Source: an uncultured delta proteobacterium (GTDB lineage: Bacteria > Myxococcota > B64-G9). From it: a stretch of 64,000 bases of DNA. Below the pieces are notes generated by a model. That model was not told the origin of the DNA and did not search any database. It saw only the letters and a program-made list of their open reading frames with translations. The position numbers and the translations under genes were made by a program. The stretch is taken from assembly GCA_963754925.1 (NCBI GenBank), contig CAVWHX010000007.1, positions 192,001 to 256,000 on the forward strand, given 5' to 3'. How positions within the stretch are numbered: the first letter of the stretch is position 1; each line of letters opens with the position of its first letter. Shown here one piece after another: positions 20,801-30,593 of this stretch.

Positions 20801-20919
20801 GATCTATTCAGTCCTCATGCTTATCTTTTTAAACATCCGGGATTGGGAGTTCATCAATTTACGATTATCGTGGTTTGGCTGACTTGTTTTTTATCTTGGA
20901 TTTGAGGTGGAGAGGGACA
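20801..20919 (+). repeat. A repeat copy 5 (3' half)
   Basis: CTATTCAGTCCTCA...GGATTGGGAGTTC...GGAGAGGGACA; starts right at the preceding stop codon. Confidence 0.8.
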
Positions 20920-21047
20920 ACTCTATTATGCCATCGGCGACGATGCTAATTCGGATGCAAGCTGCTGCAAGAGCCGCATTTTATGGGCCCTCAAACAACG
21001 CAGGTATTGAAATAATATTGGTTAAATTAAGATTCAAATTTTTGATT

Positions 21048-22034
21048 TCAAGGCATGTTTACGTAGACGGAATAGGCATCCACATCTAACGGCCCATCGG
21101 TGAGCGCTGTAGCAATTCCATTCTTCCAGACCTTGGCAACACTATTGTTATAACCACCCATATCCTTTCCATCTTCCTCAGATCCCGAGACATAAACATC
21201 GCTGCCGGAGACAAAAATGGAATTGACATTCACATTCATCCCAGCGATGAGCGCTGTTGCTATTCCGTTTTCCCAGACCTTGCCAATAAAATATGTTCCA
21301 TTGGATTCATATCCTGCGGCATAAACATTGCTCCCGGTTACGAAAACGGAATTGGCCTGCGCATAATGTGTCCCATCGGTGAGCGTCGCAGCCGTTCCGT
21401 TTTTCCAGACCGTGGCAATATTTGTTCCAATGTCTTCATATCCCGCGACATAGACGTCTCCATAGGACAATTTGAAATTCGCCTGGATTGTGGCATTATC
21501 TCCAACGAGAACGACTGTGGTTCTTGCATTGTTCACATCAGTGATATTGACTCCGGTGCCCCCTGAAACGACAGTCCAGTTAGCAAAAATGTAGCCGGTG
21601 GTCGGCGCGGCAGTGATGGTGGTGGCATATCCGGATTTTACCACTATTGTATTCGACAGTGGTTCGGTAATAGTGCCTCCATCTCCCGCATTCACGGTAA
21701 GTTGATAGGTTGGCAGGAAGTTCGCCTGGATTGTTGCGTCACCTCCGAAGACGGCAACCGTCGTACTTGCGTCGTTCGCATTAGCGAAAGTCACCGTGCC
21801 AGTAGGAACAGTCCAATTCGCAAAGCCGTAACCGATGTTCGGTGTGGCGGTGATGGTCGTGGCCTCTAAAGGTTTTACTTTTATAGGGCTCGATGTCGGT
21901 ACAGTGATAGTGACGTTACTGCCGGCGGTTATGGTGAGCTGATAGTGTGTCTCACTACTCCCACCGCACCCATGCAAGACCCAGGCATTAACAAGTGCCA
22001 GCAATAGTAAAGGCATTATCGAAACGGGCCTCAT
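21048..22034 (-). CDS. lipoprotein with two InlB B-repeat-like domains and partial beta-propeller blades
   Basis: Lipobox LHGC, two GYxFANWTV..ATIQANF repeats, and DVYVAG..KVWKNG repeats; appears C-terminally truncated. Confidence 0.7.
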   Translation of the reverse strand: MRPVSIMPLLLLALVNAWVLHGCGGSSETHYQLTITAGSNVTITVPTSSPIKVKPLEATTITATPNIGYGFANWTVPTGTVTFANANDASTTVAVFGGDATIQANFLPTYQLTVNAGDGGTITEPLSNTIVVKSGYATTITAAPTTGYIFANWTVVSGGTGVNITDVNNARTTVVLVGDNATIQANFKLSYGDVYVAGYEDIGTNIATVWKNGTAATLTDGTHYAQANSVFVTGSNVYAAGYESNGTYFIGKVWENGIATALIAGMNVNVNSIFVSGSDVYVSGSEEDGKDMGGYNNSVAKVWKNGIATALTDGPLDVDAYSVYVNMP

Positions 22035-22243
22035 ACTTGACCTCTTTTCGTGACCTAACTTTTTTATGTTGCTGTAAATTGTTGTGCGGTTTTTATCACA
22101 ACGTTAGGTCGAACTTCAAGTGAAATATAGATGAGGTCTGAAGCATCAACTTTCCCCAACGCAACATATTATAATTGCTACCGTTCTGCCAACGCTGGGG
22201 AAAGTTGTTTGATGCAAGTGTTTGAAAACATTCAACTCACATA

Positions 22244-22298
22244 AGATTCAGGGTCTAGTGGGTGCAAGCCTGTGCAGGTTCGAGTCCTGTCTTCGGCA
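22244..22298 (+). repeat. tRNA-Leu 3' half duplicate (attR-like)
   Basis: Identical to 13312-13366; the 5' half is absent. Confidence 0.92.
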
Positions 22299-22310
22299 GT
22301 TGGTTTTACG

Positions 22311-22343
22311 GGACTTCTCCTTAACCGGAGAGGTCCATTTTTT
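22311..22343 (+). terminator. duplicate of the tRNA-Leu terminator
   Basis: Same hairpin and T tract as 13379-13411. Confidence 0.75.
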
Positions 22344-22355
22344 CGTCTCAGATCC

Positions 22356-22593
22356 TGTCATTCGCCAAAAATCATCTATATCGAAAATAGAGCATCTTTC
22401 ATCTCGCCTGTACTATTCTCCTCCGCATTGAAACTATGCCAGATAGTTCCGCCCGCATCACTCTTTCGCAATGAGAACTATTCAGTCCTCAAGCTCTTCT
22501 TTTCCAACATCCGGGATTGGGAGTTAATCAATTTACGCCTAACGTGGTTTTGTTGAACTATTTTTTATCTTGGATTGGGGTTGGCGAGGGACA
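22356..22593 (+). repeat. A repeat copy 6 (full length)
   Basis: TGTCATTCGCCAAAA...GGTTGGCGAGGGACA. Confidence 0.9.
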
Positions 22594-22666
22594 GCTACGA
22601 CTTTCTTTCTTAATGCGGCGTTGGATCCACATAGAAGACTTCAGACAGCGCTATGAAATACAGTTG

Positions 22667-23599
22667 TCACTTCGCTGCAAGAAAATCGGTCACGGCTTTT
22701 ATAGATTCATCAGGCTTTTCAAGATATACCATGTGACCACTGCCAGGAATAATTACGACCGTTGAATCACTGATTCCCTTCCCGAATAGGTATGCACTGC
22801 TTTTATCCAATATCCTGTCTTTATCACCCCAGATAATTAGAGTTCTTGCCTTTATTTTCTGGATCTTGTTTTCCAGAGCATTCATACAATATTTTATCAG
22901 TTCATCAAAAATCTTTTCATGAAAGCTGTAATTGTCTGCACCTATCGCTGCAATATACTTTTTAAAATGCAAGGGTATCTTCGGCGGAGCAAGAAAAGCT
23001 AAGGACAGCGCCCTGTCATACTGTTCAACATTTTTATAAATCAGCGGCTTCTCTCCTTTATTGACCATTGCTCTACAATCACTTACTATGGAGGTCTCCA
23101 TTCCCAAAGCGTCAATAAGAATCAGCCTGTTCACCGTATCAGGATACTCCCCTGCATAGTATGCAGCGATACCACCTCCCATTGAAAACCCAATGAGGTT
23201 AAAGCCCTTCAGACCGATTTTGTCTGCGAATTCCTTTACCCACATTGCCTGATTTGAAAGATTATACGTATCTGCTATGATAGGGGAGTTTTCACCGAAT
23301 CCCGGCAAATCAGGGATGATTACCCGATAATGCTTGGTAAGCGAAATCGGCAGATCACCCCAGAAATCTTTAAACAATCCAAAGCCGTGAAGCATAATTA
23401 CCGGATAGCCTTCCCCCCCCTCCAGGTATGTCCATGTATGATCTCCGACCGTGACCTTTTTAACTTCGACCCCGGCACGCCACCGGGCAACTTGATTGCC
23501 TGCACTTATTACAGCGCCGGGAAAGATAAAATAAATCCCGACGAGAAGCGCTATGATTACGCCGATGACAATAGTGATACTCATCAATATTTTTTTCAT
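22667..23599 (-). CDS. alpha/beta hydrolase (lipase-like) with N-terminal membrane anchor
   Basis: HGFG, DLPGFG, GFSMGG, WGDKD, GHM. Confidence 0.88.
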   Translation of the reverse strand: MKKILMSITIVIGVIIALLVGIYFIFPGAVISAGNQVARWRAGVEVKKVTVGDHTWTYLEGGEGYPVIMLHGFGLFKDFWGDLPISLTKHYRVIIPDLPGFGENSPIIADTYNLSNQAMWVKEFADKIGLKGFNLIGFSMGGGIAAYYAGEYPDTVNRLILIDALGMETSIVSDCRAMVNKGEKPLIYKNVEQYDRALSLAFLAPPKIPLHFKKYIAAIGADNYSFHEKIFDELIKYCMNALENKIQKIKARTLIIWGDKDRILDKSSAYLFGKGISDSTVVIIPGSGHMVYLEKPDESIKAVTDFLAAK

Positions 23600-23702
23600 A
23601 ATGATAACTCCTTCCGCAGAATGAATATTGGTTTACGATGGAACCGCTGTGATAGGTTCCAACATATCTTTTCTTTGCTTCTCAGCATCATTAGCTTTGT
23701 TT

Positions 23703-25397
23703 CTAAATTTTTTTCATCTCCTCGGCTCGGAGTTCTTTTCGTAATACTTTACCGACCGAGCTCTTTGGCAGTTGATCCCGAAATTCAATCGCAACGGGAA
23801 GCTTGTAGGTGGCAAGTTTCTGCTTGCAGTAATCCATCAGCTCGTCGACCGTGGCCGTCTGGCCCTTCCTCAACACCACAAAAACCTTGATTGACTCTCC
23901 GCGGGTTTTATGCGGAATGCCGATGGCGCACGCCTCTTCGACTTTCGGGTTCTCGTAGAACACCTCATCGATCTCGCGGGGATATACATTAAAGCCGCCG
24001 GAAATAATCATGTCCTTCAACCGGTCGACGATATAAAAATACCCTTCTTCATCCATTTTAGCGATGTCGCCGGTATGGAGCCATCCGCCTTTTAATGTCT
24101 GGGCCGTTTCTTGCGGCATGTTCCAGTACTCCCGCATCACCTGCGGCCCTCTGACTAACAACTCTCCGGATTCTCCAATAGGCATATCTTTGTCATACCC
24201 TTCAAGATCAACGATGCGGCATTCGGTATCCGGAATCGGAAGTCCAATGCTCCCCGGTTTTCTATTCCCCGCAATGGGGTTTGCGTGAGTACATGGGCTG
24301 GACTCGGTCATTCCAAATGCTTCGCATATTACCGATCCGGTCTTTGACTCCCACGCTTTGGTAACTTCGAGGGGCAGCGGTGCGGCGCCGGAACCACAAA
24401 CCTTGAGACTGCTCAAATCAATTTCTTTTATCCTTGGATGGTTGAGGATTCCAATAAACATCGTCGGCACCATTGAAGCGTAGGTCGGCTTGTCCTTGGT
24501 AATCGCTTCAACCAGCGGATCCGGCTGGGGCCGTGGAACAAGGATATCCTCACATCCCGTGAATATTGCAGAATTCATGACGCAGGAGAGACCCATTATA
24601 TGGAAAAACGGAGCCGCTCCAAGTATTTTCTCTTTACCTCTATTCTTGCTGAGTTCCGGTAACCACGAATTGAACTGCTGAACCTGCTTGCTTAAGTTCG
24701 CATGCGTAAGCACGACACCCTTTGATACTCCTGTGGTTCCTCCGGTGTATTGCAACTGTGCGATATCGTCGAAGGTAACTTTAACTTGCGGTGGTTTCGG
24801 CTGGTATTTGGTAACTACGTCTCTCCAATTGTAAACATCGTGTGCGGCTTTTACGTCGGCTGCTAATTTTTTCTTTTTTGCAACAAGGGGGAAGAGCACG
24901 CTTTTCGGAAATGGGAGATAGTCACCAATCGAGGTATAAATGATCTGCTTGATATGGGTCTTTGACCTGAGATCGATCATCCTATTAGCCAGAAGATCAA
25001 GGGTGATGAGAACCTTGGAATCGGAATTGTTGAATTGGTGTTCGAGTTCTTTGTCGGAATACATCGGGTTGTTCATTACCGCTACGCCACCTATTTTCAA
25101 AGTGGCATAATATGCCGCCACGCAGGGGATCACGTTTGGTAAGAGTATCGCAATCCGATCTCCTTTCTTGATGCCGAAATCGGTCAGGCAGGTCGCCATG
25201 CGATCCACCATGTCTTTGAGTTGGCGATAGGAAAGATGAAATCCTTGAAAAGAAAGCGCCGTGTTATTCGGAAATTCCTTTGCCGAGCGTTCAAGATACT
25301 CGGGCAAGCAGACATTCTCGTAGGTTATGCTTTTAGGAACCCCTTGGTCATAATGGTTAAGCCACAGTTTGTCTGCGTAGGTACTCGTATTCGACAT
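23703..25397 (-). CDS. long-chain fatty acid--CoA ligase (FadD-like)
   Basis: YTGGTTGVSKG, FGMTE, WLHTGD, DRLKDMI, GKVLR. Confidence 0.93.
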   Translation of the reverse strand: MSNTSTYADKLWLNHYDQGVPKSITYENVCLPEYLERSAKEFPNNTALSFQGFHLSYRQLKDMVDRMATCLTDFGIKKGDRIAILLPNVIPCVAAYYATLKIGGVAVMNNPMYSDKELEHQFNNSDSKVLITLDLLANRMIDLRSKTHIKQIIYTSIGDYLPFPKSVLFPLVAKKKKLAADVKAAHDVYNWRDVVTKYQPKPPQVKVTFDDIAQLQYTGGTTGVSKGVVLTHANLSKQVQQFNSWLPELSKNRGKEKILGAAPFFHIMGLSCVMNSAIFTGCEDILVPRPQPDPLVEAITKDKPTYASMVPTMFIGILNHPRIKEIDLSSLKVCGSGAAPLPLEVTKAWESKTGSVICEAFGMTESSPCTHANPIAGNRKPGSIGLPIPDTECRIVDLEGYDKDMPIGESGELLVRGPQVMREYWNMPQETAQTLKGGWLHTGDIAKMDEEGYFYIVDRLKDMIISGGFNVYPREIDEVFYENPKVEEACAIGIPHKTRGESIKVFVVLRKGQTATVDELMDYCKQKLATYKLPVAIEFRDQLPKSSVGKVLRKELRAEEMKKI

Positions 25398-25705
25398 GGC
25401 GCCTCCTTAAGGAAATGTGCCTGAAACCACTGGGTTCCGCATAACAGGTGTCGTCACCTTCCGCGCAAATTGCTCACCAGGCTTTTGACGCCACAACCTC
25501 CCCGGTTCAGAGCATGGGTGTTAAAAAATCGACGAACGCTATCTCGTCATCTGAACCAGATGGAGACGAATGCCCCAGGCCTATACAATGATGGCTTTAC
25601 ACTGCTGGGATTAAAATCGGCCCTGCATTAGGATTTGTGAATTTGTATAGTATCAACCAGGTTCGGAGTCAAGCACAGAATTTCGTGTAGCCCTACATCA
25701 GCCAT

Positions 25706-25866
25706 AAATCTTGCCAGATAATTTCGCACGAACCGTTATGTTGCCATGACCTATTCAGTCCTCAATCTTATCTTTTCCAACATCCGGGATGGTGCGTTCG
25801 CCAGGTTACGTTTAGTCTGGTTCGGTTGACTTGTTTTTTCTCTTTGATCTGTTTTGGCGAAGGACA
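25706..25866 (+). repeat. A repeat copy 7 (5'-truncated)
   Basis: AAATCTTGCCAGATA...TTTTGGCGAAGGACA. Confidence 0.85.
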
Positions 25867-25879
25867 GGGTTGAATGGAA

Positions 25880-26020
25880 CATCCCGGCAATATTCCAGGC
25901 TCAGATGAGAGAGGAAAGGCTAATCGGAAAATGCTTACATTTCAATATGGACGGGTTTTGGCGAACGACACCATCGGAAAATGCTTGTGTTTCAATATGG
26001 ACGAGTTTTTGCGAATGACA
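25880..26020 (+). repeat. B repeat right portion with tandemly duplicated 48-bp terminal motif
   Basis: ATCGGAAAATGCTT..TTTCAATATGGACG.GTTTT.GCGAA.GACA at 25923-25970 and 25973-26020. Confidence 0.85.
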
Positions 26021-26029
26021 GGGGCTGGG

Positions 26030-26917
26030 CTAGATAAGTGAATCCTTGTCGTAGCCAATCCGCACAATCCCAATCTTCGCCGGATCTGCTGTTCCCAGGT
26101 GATGCCGCGTGTCCGCCAGCGCGATGTGTTTGGCTGGCGGCGCCAGCGGCCGCTCCTCGCCGAAGAACGCTCGGCGCTTGGCCTCGATGATGCGCAGGCC
26201 CACCGAATCGCACGCCACCGGGTCGATTCCTACAATGAGTCCCTGGTAGCCCCAGACATATTTCGGGTTGAAGCTATGCGGCCCCACGCCGTGGAATTGC
26301 GGTGTGAGCATCACCAGTACGTTCAACCGCGTCTTACCTTTTACGACGGGTAGACCCCAGACGCCGGCCAAATCGGCACAGGAATCGTCGTGCCAAGACG
26401 AAGGGGTTGGCGAGAACACGATGTAGTTCTTGATGAGCGAGCCCACACCGGCCCAATGGTGGGAGCGCATCGGCCGAGTGTTGATCAGCGCGGTAGCGTG
26501 TTGGAATACCGGGTTATTGAGCACTCCTCGGTCGTCAACGGCGACGTCCCCCGCCTTTACGCCGACGTCCAGCACGCGTTGCTTGAGAGCCAACTCCACG
26601 GCCTCGGGGGTCGGGAGATACTGCCACACATTGCTCTTGATACCAACCACGTCGCTTGCCTTCAGAAAGGTCTTCCAGCCATCAAGACCCTTCTTGCCAG
26701 TGAGCGCGGCTACTGCATCGTCGAGCATCTTCAACACGACGTCCGTCTTGGATTTGCCCTGCTCGTCGAGGACTGCCGCGTCGCGAATAAGTACGACCTT
26801 GGTCTTGGCGGGCGCAGCCCACTCGGCGAAGCCTCGCCATGGAAGCAGTGCGGCGCCGCCGAGCGCCGCGAGTGAAAGGCTGAACTGCCTGCGCGTCATC
26901 CCGTTCTTCCAGTTCAT
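26030..26917 (-). CDS. Tat-exported DUF362-like protein
   Basis: TRRQF twin-arginine signal; VGIKSN, IKNY and DPVACD motifs. Confidence 0.7.
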   Translation of the reverse strand: MNWKNGMTRRQFSLSLAALGGAALLPWRGFAEWAAPAKTKVVLIRDAAVLDEQGKSKTDVVLKMLDDAVAALTGKKGLDGWKTFLKASDVVGIKSNVWQYLPTPEAVELALKQRVLDVGVKAGDVAVDDRGVLNNPVFQHATALINTRPMRSHHWAGVGSLIKNYIVFSPTPSSWHDDSCADLAGVWGLPVVKGKTRLNVLVMLTPQFHGVGPHSFNPKYVWGYQGLIVGIDPVACDSVGLRIIEAKRRAFFGEERPLAPPAKHIALADTRHHLGTADPAKIGIVRIGYDKDSLI

Positions 26918-27885
26918 GGCACCTCCGAGAGCACCTGGTCCACGACGTGCTTGGACGAGGCATCGAGCGCGATGACGAGCCGCTTGCCACTCCTCTTCAG
27001 CCCAGCCCAGCGCTCGCCCTTACGAGCCAATGCCTGACCGCCCAACACGCTCGCAGTGAAGTCGCGCTGCGCCTTCCTGGCATCATCCTCGGTCGGGTAG
27101 TCAACCAGCATCAGAACGTGCCGCTCGCCCTGCCGTACATAGCGGGCCAGCGCGGCCTCCGTCCTCTGGCCGATCCCCAACGGATTCTCGTGGGAGATCA
27201 TGACGTAGTCGTTCTGCAGCAGGTGGTGGTGAAAGGTTCGGGCGCTGGCCCCGAGGAGCCCCGGCTTGGGCAGCGCGGCGAGGATGGCGGGTGGCGAGCC
27301 AGATCCAGGGATGAGCGTGGCGACCGCACGCCCCAGCTCGTAGACGGCCTTGCGCTTGGTCTCGGTCTCCGGGTAGCCCAGCACCGAGACAAACCAGCGG
27401 TCCTTCCAGAAGGTCAGCAGGCCGCCATTGTATTCCGAGCCCTGCCCGACCTCCGCAGCGATTGTCTCCCGCCCGTGGGCGAACGCGCCGAAGGCTCCTC
27501 GCGGGCTGCCCATGTCGAAGACATCGACCTTTATCTCGTCGCCCTCGCCCGCGCCATACTCTAACGTGACAGCGCCAACAAAGTCGAAGGCCAGATAGAG
27601 CTCAGCGCCTCCGTCAATGTAGTCGTAGAGCGTCTGGCGGTCGTAGCACACCGGCTTGGCTGGCTTCTTCCACTCGCCGACCTGTGCGGGCAACCTGGCG
27701 GAAAAGTCTGGATTCGCTTCAGCTGCGAAAGACAAGGTCCTAACCAGCATCAGTGACACCGTTGCGGTGATGGCCAGACAAACAGTCGTTGACTTGCCAA
27801 CGGCCTTTGAAAACGCGTTTCCAATCACCGGGAACCTTTCTCTTTCGAGAGCTGAATGCCACCTCGTGTCCGGCTCGCGCAACAT
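26914..27885 (-). CDS. secreted DUF6599-like protein (start uncertain)
   Basis: LYDYIDGGAELYL, FDMGSPRGAFGAF; stop overlaps the next start (ATGA). Confidence 0.65.
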   Translation of the reverse strand: MLREPDTRWHSALERERFPVIGNAFSKAVGKSTTVCLAITATVSLMLVRTLSFAAEANPDFSARLPAQVGEWKKPAKPVCYDRQTLYDYIDGGAELYLAFDFVGAVTLEYGAGEGDEIKVDVFDMGSPRGAFGAFAHGRETIAAEVGQGSEYNGGLLTFWKDRWFVSVLGYPETETKRKAVYELGRAVATLIPGSGSPPAILAALPKPGLLGASARTFHHHLLQNDYVMISHENPLGIGQRTEAALARYVRQGERHVLMLVDYPTEDDARKAQRDFTASVLGGQALARKGERWAGLKRSGKRLVIALDASSKHVVDQVLSEVP

Positions 27886-27930
27886 ATCATAGCGAGCTTA
27901 TCGCCCATCAACCCTGAACTCAAGTGTCCC

Positions 27931-28114
27931 TGTCGTTCGCCAAATCTCGCCGTTATTAAGAACAAATCATTTTTTCGTATCACTGCACTACCCTACTCCA
28001 TCTTGAAATCTTGCCAGATAATCTCTCTTGCACCGTTATATCGCCATGAGACCTGTCTAGTCCTCAATCTCATCTTTTCCAACATTCGGAATTGTGAATT
28101 AATCAATTTACGCT
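27931..28114 (+). repeat. A repeat copy 8 (3'-truncated)
   Basis: TGTCGTTCGCCAAA...TTGAAATCTTGCCAGATA...CAATTTACGCT. Confidence 0.85.
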
Positions 28115-28656
28115 ACTAGGACCACTCAATCAATTTAAAGAAAGATGTTTGGGTACGAAGTTAACCTTTATTTTTGAATAAGCTCGATTATTACTCATAT
28201 AGATATGTTGTGCGATATCGGCAAATAGATCTGGTAGGCCATCCGTTCCCACCTCGAAAGTTACTCCACTGCTATTGACTTCACCCTTGACTTTGACTCA
28301 TTTTTGCTTACGAGCAACAAGCAAAACAATGACGAATCCGATTACCCCAATAACCAAAATTGCCAGCAACCCTAACCTATTGTAATTCATTACATCCCTC
28401 CTAAGATTTCAAGTTAGGTTGTCCCAACCTTATTCGGTTATGTGTCAATCATTGTCAAGAGTTATCAGGTAGCTAAGGCAAGGGGTTTCCCGGCTGCAGA
28501 ACAGGTAAATTCAGCTACATCTGAGAGGCCAACGAGAGCCGGATTTATCGGCGATTGTCTGCACGCTGTTGTTGTACCTTTTCATATGCTGCTTGCTACC
28601 CATATCACAAAACAAATGATCGACGGTAGCTGCCCTATAATCAAAGAGAATGCTAC

Positions 28657-28848
28657 TGCCATTCGCCATCGATAAAGCGACCGGCATTGTCAAGTACAGA
28701 TGTTCGTCGAAGCCACCAACTCTATCATCCGGGACCTGTCAATTTCGTAGAAATCTTCCTCAGCCAAGATGTTAGGCTGGGATGAGATAGCGAAGGCAAT
28801 CTGAAAATGCTTATATTTCGATATTGACAAGTTTTTTGACGAATGACA
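28657..28848 (+). repeat. B repeat copy 1 (full length)
   Basis: TGCCATTCGCCATCGATAAAGCGACCGGC...AGAAATCTTCCTCAGCCAAGATGTTAGGCTGGGATGAG...TTTTGACGAATGACA. Confidence 0.88.
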
Positions 28849-28888
28849 AGCCTTTCTGGAGTAGTGTCGGGGGGTCTGGAGCTCGACA

Positions 28889-30016
28889 ATGACTCGTCTC
28901 CCATCGATCGTTGGAGTATCGCTGCGTCTCGTGGCTGTTGCCGGACCGGCTTTGCTCGCTATTCTCACCGCGCTCTATGTCGGCCGTCCGTCCGAATTCT
29001 ATCTGGCGATTGGCGCCGCGCTGGCGGTGGCCATTCTGGCGTGTGACGGATGGATCATCGCGCGCCGCCACTGGATTACCGGGTGCGTCGCGCTGGTGAC
29101 CCAGATCGCATTCCTGATCTTCGTCGACGGGTATGCGGCCTCGCCTCTCCCGCCGCCAGCGCCTCTGGACGGACCGTTGCCGCAAGCATCGCCGCCCAAT
29201 GGAATGGCGATCTATGCGCTCCCGACGGGCGTGAATCACCGCACTGCCGCTTTCGCATACCGCGGAGGTTCACCTTGGGACAAACGCGACTCCGTATCGA
29301 CCGCCGTACTCGTGCGGCATCCGAAGGGCGACCTGCTGATCGACACGGGTCTTGGCAGAGGCATCGCGACCCAGATGAAAGAGTTTCCCCTCCTATTTCG
29401 ACTGGGAACGGATATGGTCAGGTTTCAGACGGCCGCCGACCAATTGGATGCCGCTGGGTACGATCGCGGGCAGTTGCGCTACATCCTTCTTACGCACGCG
29501 CACTGGGATCACGTCAGCGGTGTGCCGGACTTTCCGGGCGTGCCCGTGCTCGTGACGGCAGCGGAGCACCAATACATCGAAGAGGGAGGCTGGGCCACGG
29601 CCGATGCGAAGGGCATGAATGCAGACTTTCGTGAGTATGCGTTCGATAGCGGGCCCTACCTGGGCTTCCCTCGATCCCGCGATCTATACGGAGATGGCTC
29701 GATCGTGATTGTTCCTGCGCCCGGACACACGCCGGGATCAGTAGCGGTGTTCGTCACCTTGCCAGGTGGGGCCCGTTATGCCTTCGTTGGCGATCTGGTC
29801 TGGCAACTCGAGGGCCTCATTGATCGGGAAGAGCGCCCCTGGTTCGAGGCAAGGATTCTCGGCGAGAATCCCGCGTTGCTCCGGCAGTCCTTGCTAAGGA
29901 TGAGCGCGATCATGTCACGCTATCCGCAGGTCATCGTGGTACCTTCGCACGACCCGCGAGGATATGTGTCCATTCCCCGGTGGTCACGATCGGCGGCTGA
30001 CAAACCCGTTAGGTAA
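28889..30016 (+). CDS. MBL-fold metallohydrolase, AHL-lactonase-like, with N-terminal TM helices
   Basis: IDTG, THAHWDH, GHTPGS, GD, PSHD. Confidence 0.82.
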   Translation: MTRLPSIVGVSLRLVAVAGPALLAILTALYVGRPSEFYLAIGAALAVAILACDGWIIARRHWITGCVALVTQIAFLIFVDGYAASPLPPPAPLDGPLPQASPPNGMAIYALPTGVNHRTAAFAYRGGSPWDKRDSVSTAVLVRHPKGDLLIDTGLGRGIATQMKEFPLLFRLGTDMVRFQTAADQLDAAGYDRGQLRYILLTHAHWDHVSGVPDFPGVPVLVTAAEHQYIEEGGWATADAKGMNADFREYAFDSGPYLGFPRSRDLYGDGSIVIVPAPGHTPGSVAVFVTLPGGARYAFVGDLVWQLEGLIDREERPWFEARILGENPALLRQSLLRMSAIMSRYPQVIVVPSHDPRGYVSIPRWSRSAADKPVR

Positions 30017-30028
30017 CGCCCTGCCGCC

Positions 30029-30218
30029 TGTCGTTCGCCATCGATAAAGCGACCGGCGTTGTCAAGTACGGCATTTTCGTCGAAGCCGCCAACTCTCTTA
30101 TCCGGGACTTGTCAATTTCATAGAAATCTTCCTCAGCCAAGATGTTAGGCTGGGATGAGAGAGCGAGGGCAATCGGAAAATGCTTATATTTCAATAAGTA
30201 CGAGTTTTGGGAACCACA
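30029..30218 (+). repeat. B repeat copy 2 (full length)
   Basis: TGTCGTTCGCCATCGATAAAG...TTTTGGGAACCACA; direct repeat of 28657-28848. Confidence 0.88.
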
Positions 30219-30427
30219 GGCCAGACCCTAATAATCGAATTCTATAGCATTTCCCTCGAACTGCTTCACCACTAAAATATCGGAATGGAAATGAGCGGGT
30301 CCCTCCCCACCTTTCGAGCTGCTATTGACGCGCTTTTGACGCAGCGGAAATGTTTTGAGGAGTAACATCCTATGTGTACCGTAAAGTAAAATCCCCAACC
30401 TTCAGGGAGGACGCCGCTTTTCTATTT

Positions 30428-30582
30428 TGCCGTCCATATTGAAATATAAGCATTTTCCAATTGCTTCTATTCTATCATTTCAGTATGAAATATTGCCAGA
30501 GTATTCCGTTCAACCCACCACGACGCCATAGCCTATTCAGTCTTCAAACTTATTCTGGTCGGATTTGTTTTCGCGAGAGTCA
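30428..30582 (+). repeat. A repeat copy 9 (degenerate, internally deleted)
   Basis: CGTCCATATTGAAATATAAGCATTTTCC...GAAATATTGCCAGA...CCTATTCAGTCTTCAA...GGATTTGTTTTCGCGAGAGTCA. Confidence 0.65.
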
Positions 30583-30593
30583 GGTCACCAGAG

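Noticed and set aside
22053..22109. attC-like ACCTAAC...GTTAGGT upstream of the lipoprotein gene
   Set aside because: The end boxes fit, but I could not see paired L boxes or an upstream cassette ORF. Left unannotated pending a covariance-model test.
22244..22298. Additional functional tRNA genes at 22244 and 48386
   Set aside because: Both lack the 5' acceptor strand and D-arm.
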